A stretch of DNA of 63,472 bases, the filler included, from Sphacelaria rigidula (lineage: Eukaryota), in NCBI GenBank assembly GCA_964200075.2. It is 6 parts of 6 records of this genome, joined end to end, with 100 filler letters (N's around TTAATTAATTAA, not from the genome) between each part and the next. Parts side by side here need not be neighbours in the genome. Positions count along the whole stretch, not along the records: positions 52,979 to 63,472 come from CAXNAA020006394.1; 5 more parts are not named here. The stretch is one strand, 5' to 3'. The notes under the pieces were generated by a model. The model was not told the origin of the DNA. It worked only from the letters and a program-made list of their open reading frames with translations, and ran no database searches. Below are positions 62,431-63,472 of the stretch, piece after piece; the stretch's first letter is position 1; every line of letters begins with the position of its first letter. The translations under genes and the position numbers were made by a program.

Positions 62431-63472
62431 GAGTGTATCTATCGATTTACGTGGAAATTATGAGGACGTGAGTCATGTATGGGGCCGGTTACGTACAGGT
62501 GTACAACAAATGCGGCGGGATTTGGCTTGTAGTCGTTGCACCAACCATTGCAGGACGTTCAAGTGAGTCGGCTTACAAATTCGGAGCGCTCTTTTTTTAA
62601 TTTCCTTTACAACCTCTGAAACGTTCAACCGTGTTTCGTAGATCACATGGCCAGCACGCCCCGAGCGCTACGATAGAACAATCTCCTCGTGGGCTACGTG
62701 CGAGATTGAAAAGCCGTAGAGCGTACCAATGCTGAACCTATGAACTTGAGTGACCCAATGTGCCCGATTCTGCTGTATGGTGAAGAAACATTGTAGGTAC
62801 TATTCCCGTCGATATTATGGACGGCTTGTATCCTCAGCAAAAATAATCAAATGCACAAAATGACGTATGCGTGTCGAACCCATCAAACGAACAGAAGGAG
62901 AAAAACGGACCGCTGAAATGGTGGAATAACCCATGAAACAGCACTACTGTATGAATGCACGCGATTGACCTTTAATATTGTACCGAGGTAAGTACCCCTC
63001 ACTCGTCATATTTTCTGGAAAGCCTGTGACGGTGTAGAGGCGCCTCTGTGATTTGCTTTCTTCACCAATCAATATACACTGAGAGTCGAGGCATCTAAGA
63101 ACAGACCATTGGATTGGATTTCGGCTGCTTTTATTTTTATTTTGCCTCGCTAGTCTTGGTTTCAGACAGAGGAAAGACTCCCCTCTCTAAATCCCAAACA
63201 AATTCCATACAACGTGTGACACCTTTTGTTGCAAAGTAGAATTATCTCCATGTGTATATTTACCCGTGGACTGCGAATTAAAGGAGCGGGTTCACGTGGT
63301 CAGAGACCATCCAACGAGTACGAATGGCAAGGGACCCTAACGTTGAAAACATAAATGAGCCCAATTGCGTGCGTTCTATTTTGATAACCATCCCCCCACA
63401 CCCATGAGGCAGGGTAAAAGCCGTGCCTGTCTCTGGAAGTGGCGATACCACAGAATAAAGCAACTCATTGTA

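Overview
Eukaryotic, intron-containing, repeat-rich DNA. It is most likely from a brown alga (Phaeophyceae); this is inferred from the FNIP-repeat gene, gene architecture and repeat style, not proven. The window is not contiguous. It is six scaffolds of 10497, 10496, 10495, 10495, 10495 and 10494 bp (sorted by size) joined by identical 100-nt N44-TTAATTAATTAA-N44 linkers, so adjacency across linkers has no biological meaning. Host-type genes are an FNIP (22-aa LRR-like) repeat protein, an F-box/LRR gene (5' part) head-to-head with a 461-aa low-complexity ORF, one SGNH-hydrolase exon and a putative small multi-exon gene. Mobile DNA dominates. It includes a spliced, degenerate P-element-like DDE transposase, Gypsy and Copia fragments (one full 3' LTR), a possible Sola-like transposase relic, several MITE/foldback families, 41-bp and 54-bp tandem arrays, a tRNA-like Pol III unit and two families of non-LTR-type insertions. 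The strongest leads are: (i) a retroposon-like family that ends in poly(C), sits in G-tracts, and shows 15-17 bp target-site duplications and variable truncation; (ii) the intron-rich P-like transposase; (iii) hypervariable di-residues in the FNIP repeats; (iv) a coding exon bracketed by two inverted MITE copies. All calls come from manual reading; no database searches were run.
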